A stretch of 29,650 nucleotides of DNA, from assembly GCA_040754655.1 (NCBI GenBank), contig JBFMCE010000051.1:1-29650 (forward strand). The letters are read 5' to 3'. This stretch comes from Bdellovibrionota bacterium (lineage in GTDB: Bacteria; Bdellovibrionota; UBA1018; UBA923). The translations under genes and the position numbers were made by a program. A model generated the notes under the pieces. That model was not told the DNA's origin and searched no databases. It saw only the letters and a list, made by a program, of their open reading frames with translations. Every line of letters starts with the position of its first letter. Position 1 is the first letter of the stretch. Positions 24,747 to 29,650 of this stretch are shown here, piece after piece.

Positions 24747-25643
24747 TTATCCCCTCTCAAACGAACCTTTAGGGGGTTCCCGCAGATCCCAAACAAGGCC
24801 GAGTTTCGAGAAGAGCTTTAAGATGTAGTAACTCATGTCGATCTCCCACCAAAAGAAGCCCTGGCGGGTGCTGCTCATATAGTGGTGATGATTATTGTGC
24901 CACCCTTCACCCATGGTAATGAGCGCGATCCAAAAGTTGTTTCTGCTATCATCGCTCGTTTGGTAACGACGCTTCCCCCAGACATGGGCAAGCGAGTTCA
25001 CCGTCATCGTACCGTGCCAAAGAAGGACGGTGCTCATGAAAAAACCCCAATAAAGCCCCCACCAACCTTGCGAAGCAAAAAGCAGTACAGCCATCAAAAT
25101 CGGTGGAACCAAAAAATACTTATTCAACCAACGCAATTCAGGGTATTTCGCGAAATCCTTGATTTGGTCAAAATGGGTGGTTGTATGTTTTTTGCACAAG
25201 ATCCAGGTCACGTGCGACCACCAAAAACCGCGTTGAACGGGCGAATGCAAGTCTTCCGGCTTATCAGAATAACGATGGTGATGCCGGTGATTGGCCGCCC
25301 ACCAAAGAACGCCTTTCTGCACGGTAAGAGTGCCGAGCAAGGCCATGAAGAACTGAAAGAATCGGCCCGTCTTGTAACTTCGATGCGAAAAGTAGCGGTG
25401 ATAGCCTGCCGTAATTCCAAACATCCCCAGGTAATAAAAACCAACGGCCAACAAGATGCCTTGCCAATTGATGTCGACGAAGAAAATCCCGATAAAGGCT
25501 GCTAGGTGGAAAAGCAAAAAAGGTGAAGAACCGATCCAATCAATTCTTTCATCTGTATCACGGGCCTTGCTCTTAAAATGTGGTTGTGAAGCCAATGTGG
25601 CAGATGATGAAAGGGGAGATTCAATCGCGGTTGTTTGACGCAT
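24747..25643 (-). CDS. Acyl-CoA desaturase (delta-9 type membrane fatty acid desaturase)
   Basis: His boxes HRYFSH, HRHHH and GEGWHNNHH, plus VNSLAH; TM helices. Confidence 0.94.
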   Translation of the reverse strand: MRQTTAIESPLSSSATLASQPHFKSKARDTDERIDWIGSSPFLLFHLAAFIGIFFVDINWQGILLAVGFYYLGMFGITAGYHRYFSHRSYKTGRFFQFFMALLGTLTVQKGVLWWAANHRHHHRYSDKPEDLHSPVQRGFWWSHVTWILCKKHTTTHFDQIKDFAKYPELRWLNKYFLVPPILMAVLLFASQGWWGLYWGFFMSTVLLWHGTMTVNSLAHVWGKRRYQTSDDSRNNFWIALITMGEGWHNNHHHYMSSTRQGFFWWEIDMSYYILKLFSKLGLVWDLREPPKGSFERG

Positions 25644-25761
25644 CGTATAGGCCTCTAAAGGTTTCGTGTTTATTGTATTAATAGTGGCGCAAATCGATGG
25701 GCCGGTCTGTCAAAGTTCGGTAAAAATATCGCTTACAGGCCTTGTCGGCCAACTTATTAGA

Positions 25762-27234
25762 CTAGTTGCCCGGGGTGCAGCTTACGACATCCAGAATGTT
25801 CTTAAGATTACGCGCCACATTTGCCGGAAGATCTTCCAGCGGAAATTGATACCCCTCGGTTGTCTGGCCAGGGGATAGGCGATGAGACCGCCGCACGATG
25901 GGCTCGAACTCGATGAAAGGTCGAAAATCAACGCGCCCCAGCTGCTGATTTGCGACATAGGTTGTTCGGTCAAAACTAAAAAACTTCACATGCGTCAAAG
26001 AGTACATGTCACCGATCATTTCGGGGGTTAAACCGCCCGGGGTTGCATGTCCCCAGCCTTCATAATCGTCGCTGAACAATACGATCACCTTTTGAGCTCC
26101 CGGCCTGAAATCCAGGTTCAAATTCTCGGTCGCGCTCTGATTGGGGCTTCCCGCTTCCCAAAGGCATTTGTGGTGAGGACCATAATTGGGAAACACTTGC
26201 CCGATCGGAGGAATGAGCAAATGATTTCCATCGAAAAAAGCCAACGCTTCCTGGGGTGTCAAAAACGCCGTAGTACCGGCCTGTCGAGAGCTTGGAAACC
26301 CGACCGGGGATTGCAGTGTGTTCCATACTCCGCAACTGCTCCAGCTTTCGTCTCCGGGCGAAGAGACGACCGCCATACGAAGATCATGCGCACCAAACTG
26401 ATTGGCGCTGGCAAACTCTCGCAAGGCGAAGATCGCCGTTTCCCAATCACCAGTGGGCGAGTCCCAGCGGTCGATCATTGAAGGAGTTCGATCAAAAACC
26501 ACGACGAGATCGATCTTTTGACCCATGCCGCCTGCAAGATCCGGCTTACCGTCACAGTTATTGTCTAAACCATTGGCACAATTTTCAGCCTGCGGAGGAA
26601 CATGCGGACCGCCACAAACCCACTCAGCCCTTGTGCCCATCGGGCCATTTGGGAAATGCCTGCATTCCCATCTGCCCTCACTGCAAATCCCGTAAGGAAG
26701 CCCGGTCACAGGGTCTCTATTTTCAGCGTCTCCCTCGAAACAAAACTCGCTCTCTTTCCCGTCAAGGATGGGGTCAAGATAACGAAGCTCGTCTGTAAAA
26801 CCATTGCAGTTGTCGTCTTTGCTATTGCAGCTCTCTGCTCTGGGCCACACTCCGCCCTGGCAGACCATCTGCCCACCTTCGCAGGTCCATCGACCTTCCC
26901 TGCATTCTCCCTTGGTTTCGCTGCAAAGAGTGCCTTCTTCGCGGACTTCGCAAGAACTCCATGTGGTTTCGGTGGAGCAGCTTTGTCCGCCGGGCTGATC
27001 GGGGTCGCAACTAGGGTCTTTGAGGACGCACGTTTGCACGCCACCGCATTTCTCTTCAGAAACGCATGGGAGGACCGCACCTCTCACGCAATTTTTAGGA
27101 AGTTCTGGCGCCTTAAAAAGCTTATCTTCGTCCTTACAACCCGCGAATAAAACGAGAAAAGCGATCACAAAAAAAGATCTACCGAAATACCCCATACTGG
27201 AATCGGAACTAACAATATTGACCTTCTGCGTCAA
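25762..27234 (-). CDS. Cys-repeat / vWA-like lipoprotein
   Basis: Lipobox FAGC; Cys-rich repeats ESCNSKDDNCNG and ENCANGLDNNCDG; DLVVVFDRTPSM (MIDAS-like) and VLFSDD. Start is TTG 27234 or ATG 27195. Confidence 0.8.
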   Translation of the reverse strand: MTQKVNIVSSDSSMGYFGRSFFVIAFLVLFAGCKDEDKLFKAPELPKNCVRGAVLPCVSEEKCGGVQTCVLKDPSCDPDQPGGQSCSTETTWSSCEVREEGTLCSETKGECREGRWTCEGGQMVCQGGVWPRAESCNSKDDNCNGFTDELRYLDPILDGKESEFCFEGDAENRDPVTGLPYGICSEGRWECRHFPNGPMGTRAEWVCGGPHVPPQAENCANGLDNNCDGKPDLAGGMGQKIDLVVVFDRTPSMIDRWDSPTGDWETAIFALREFASANQFGAHDLRMAVVSSPGDESWSSCGVWNTLQSPVGFPSSRQAGTTAFLTPQEALAFFDGNHLLIPPIGQVFPNYGPHHKCLWEAGSPNQSATENLNLDFRPGAQKVIVLFSDDYEGWGHATPGGLTPEMIGDMYSLTHVKFFSFDRTTYVANQQLGRVDFRPFIEFEPIVRRSHRLSPGQTTEGYQFPLEDLPANVARNLKNILDVVSCTPGN

Positions 27235-27255
27235 TAGCTGAGTAAACTATTCTCT

Positions 27256-27588
27256 TCAGGGTTCGCACTGATAAACAGGCACGGGAATTTGAGGCTTCTT
27301 GCAATGCAAGACTTTCGCTTTTGGCAAACACTCTAAAACGACGCTGTAGTGATCGCATTTCGGTGACTCGCCAGAAACCCCACACTGCATTTTCTGAAAT
27401 CGCTTCTTCCCCTTCGGGCAAGGCTTGCGATCATCGAGCAAAACCGTCTCGTTGGGATCGTTCATTTCTTTGCCAGGAGCAAGATTGGGATCGGGCTCGC
27501 CCGGCGCGAAGCCTTCTTGCGCCCATGAGACAGAACCAAGACTAAGACCGAAGATCAGCGTTGCAACCAATGCTTGTATGCGACTCAC
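27256..27588 (-). CDS. Small secreted Cys-rich protein
   Basis: GTG start with SD GGGGAG; signal ending SWA-Q; 6 Cys in the C-terminal half. Confidence 0.75.
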   Translation of the reverse strand: MSRIQALVATLIFGLSLGSVSWAQEGFAPGEPDPNLAPGKEMNDPNETVLLDDRKPCPKGKKRFQKMQCGVSGESPKCDHYSVVLECLPKAKVLHCKKPQIPVPVYQCEP

Positions 27589-27730
27589 TTGAAGCTCCCC
27601 TTGTAAAGACGTTCCCTTTCTTTCATTCCTACTGACCTCTCATAATTCCGGCAAGCGCTTTCCAAATTCAAAAATCTTTGTCATCCTGTTTGGATCGGCT
27701 TCTGGTTCATTTTGACGCAAGGGGTGTTTG

Positions 27731-29086
27731 ATGTCGCTCAAAGAAGATGCTCTCAATTATCACTCGCGCGGACGCAAGGGAAAGATCGAAGTCATTCCCA
27801 CAAAGCCCGTGGCGACCCAACAAGACCTCTCGCTTGCTTACACGCCAGGCGTGGCAGAGCCTTGCCGCGCGATCGCAGAAAATGATGAAGCTGTTTACGA
27901 ATACACGGCCAAAGGAAATCTGGTTGCCGTCATCAGCAATGGCACCGCCGTATTAGGGCTTGGAAACATCGGGCCTCATAGCGCAAAGCCCGTGATGGAA
28001 GGCAAAGGCATTCTCTTCAAACAACTTGCAGACATTGATGTCTTTGACATCGAACTCAATGCTCCTTCGGCCGAGGAAGTGATCCAAGTTTGCAAGGCCC
28101 TAGAACCCACGTTTGGCGGCATCAACCTTGAAGACATCAAGGCGCCAGAGTGTTTTGTGATTGAAGAGACGTTGAAGAAAAGTTTGAATATCCCGGTTTT
28201 TCACGACGACCAGCATGGCACCGCGATCATTTGCGCGGCCGCTTTTTTAAACGCGATCGAACTTACCAAACGCGATATTTCTCAAATAAAAGTCGTTTTT
28301 AATGGCGGCGGGGCGGCTGCGATCGCGTGCGCCCAATTGTTCTTGGAAATTGGCGTCAAAAAAGAAAACCTCATTCTTTGTGACACCAAAGGAGTGATCT
28401 ATTCGGGGCGGCTTGAGGGCATGAACGCTTACAAGGAGCGTTTCGCCGTAGATACCGACAGCCGTTGTTTAGAAGAGGCCTTGGTCGATGCAGATGCATT
28501 CATCGGGGTTTCGGTCGCAGGCGCGCTAAGCCCCGAGATGCTCAGGAAAATGGCGCCAGAGCCCATAGTATTTGCGATGGCAAACCCTGATCCCGAGATT
28601 TTGCCAGAGGTGGCGCTTCAAATCAGGCCTGACGCCGTAATCGCCACGGGTCGAAGCGACTACCCAAACCAGGTGAACAACGTCTTGGGTTTTCCGTTTT
28701 TGTTTCGTGGCGCGCTCGATGTGCGAGCAACGCAGATCAATGAACCGATGAAACTTGCGGCGATGTACGCCTTGGCAGAACTTGCAAAGCAACCCGTGCC
28801 AGAAGAAGTTTGCCGCGCTTATGGCGGCGAGAAACTGGTGTTCGGAAAACATTATTTGATTCCGAAACCCATCGACCCGCGCGTGCTGACGTGGGTGACG
28901 CCAGCGGTGGCAGAAGCAGCGATGAAAAGCGGGGTCGCACGCAAGCCGATCGCAGACCTCGAGCAATATGCCGCTGATCTTGCAGAGAGACTGCGCGCAA
29001 ATGCAGCAAACCAATCGCGCCTGCCAAAGAAAACCGCCTCAAGCCCTCATCGAAGCAAAGACGTGGACGAGGTTCTTGTTTTGTAG
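27731..29086 (+). CDS. NAD(P)-dependent malic enzyme (MaeB catalytic module without PTA domain)
   Basis: [39 protein letters not shown] and [12 protein letters not shown] motifs; SD AAGGGG. Confidence 0.93.
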   Translation: MSLKEDALNYHSRGRKGKIEVIPTKPVATQQDLSLAYTPGVAEPCRAIAENDEAVYEYTAKGNLVAVISNGTAVLGLGNIGPHSAKPVMEGKGILFKQLADIDVFDIELNAPSAEEVIQVCKALEPTFGGINLEDIKAPECFVIEETLKKSLNIPVFHDDQHGTAIICAAAFLNAIELTKRDISQIKVVFNGGGAAAIACAQLFLEIGVKKENLILCDTKGVIYSGRLEGMNAYKERFAVDTDSRCLEEALVDADAFIGVSVAGALSPEMLRKMAPEPIVFAMANPDPEILPEVALQIRPDAVIATGRSDYPNQVNNVLGFPFLFRGALDVRATQINEPMKLAAMYALAELAKQPVPEEVCRAYGGEKLVFGKHYLIPKPIDPRVLTWVTPAVAEAAMKSGVARKPIADLEQYAADLAERLRANAANQSRLPKKTASSPHRSKDVDEVLVL

Positions 29087-29220
29087 GATCGTGTGAATGA
29101 TTGTGATCTACGATTAAACAAATAGTGAAAAAACCACAAAAGTTTACGACCTGCTCTTCCTTGTCATTGCTCCGTTCCGAACGATTTGACTCCAATCCAT
29201 CCTTAACCTAAATTTCTAGC

Positions 29221-29486
29221 ATGCGATGCCCACAATGCCGCCTTGAAATCCAGATTCTACTTTGACGTGTGACTGTGGATTTGATTTTCATACTAAAAAC
29301 AGAAGAAACCAAACAAAGGCGATAGGCAACACTTACAGCGCAGGGGTGCTGTTCTTACTCGTAGTTGCTTTTACGATTGTATTTATCCTGTCGAAGAATT
29401 GGTGGTTGTACCCCTATATTTTAGCAGACCCTTTGTCTTGGGTTAAACCACTGCTGAGCTTATTTTGGCAGGATCTCCAAATTTAA
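29221..29486 (+). pseudogene. Zinc-ribbon small membrane protein interrupted by a 1-nt frameshift
   Basis: Frame from ATG 29221 gives MRCPQCRLE; the -1 frame continues NPDSTLTCDCGFDF plus a TM helix. One extra A in GAAAT (29245-29249) fuses them. Confidence 0.6.
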
Positions 29487-29606
29487 TAAACTAAACTTTG
29501 TTCGAAAGCAGGTTGAGATTTGAGTTTCAGACTCAGCTCTCACAAATCACACGAACCCGAGGCGCAAATCGACGTTTTTATAAATAAAAAGATCGATTCA
29601 ATTCGC

Positions 29607-29649
29607 TTGTACTTTAGATATCTAAATACTATAATTTAGATATAAAGGA
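29607..29649 (+). promoter_or_regulatory. Sigma70 promoter with palindromic operator, for a gene beyond the window
   Basis: TTGTAC(29607-12)-N17-TATAAT(29630-35); perfect palindrome TTTAGATATCTAAA (29613-26) in the spacer; partial copy TTTAGATAT (29635-43); SD-like AAAGGA (29644-49). Confidence 0.7.
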
Positions 29650-29650
29650 T

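Noticed and set aside
27660..27676. Sigma54-like TGGAAAGCGCTTGC on the minus strand upstream of the small Cys-rich gene
   Set aside because: GG-to-GC spacing is 9 nt rather than the required 10.
1..29650. CRISPR arrays, tRNA/rRNA genes, transposases, integrases or defence systems
   Set aside because: No regularly spaced repeats, cloverleaf or rRNA signatures, or corresponding protein motifs were seen by eye.

Overview
Gene-dense bacterial chromosomal window. Gene content (many orphan secreted or Cys-rich proteins, PilZ proteins, a sigma54 activator, a myxobacterial-type Cys-repeat lipoprotein) suggests a Bdellovibrionota/Oligoflexia-like organism; this is inference only. Left to right: three orphan secreted proteins; a gamma-glutamylation amine-catabolism operon (GS-like ligase, Fe-ADH, C26 hydrolase) flanked by two PilZ genes; an NtrC-family regulator; OppA; a cluster of exported proteins with a metzincin and an S8 subtilase; an OmpA lipoprotein; a POT transporter; a methyltransferase; mtnA plus a class II aldolase; motAB; a desaturase; a Cys-repeat/vWA lipoprotein; and a malic enzyme lacking the PTA domain. 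No rRNA, tRNA, CRISPR array or mobile element was recognised. Most interesting observations: (1) an apparently split subtilase whose prodomain seems to be encoded by a separate, translationally coupled upstream gene; (2) an unannotated 29-aa hydrophobic ORF between a sigma54 promoter and a PilZ gene; (3) a perfect 16-bp inverted repeat overlapping a sigma54 promoter and abutting the ompA RBS; (4) a zinc-ribbon membrane gene broken by a 1-nt frameshift; (5) a sigma70 promoter with a palindromic operator at the right edge. All calls come from reading motifs by eye; no database search was run.
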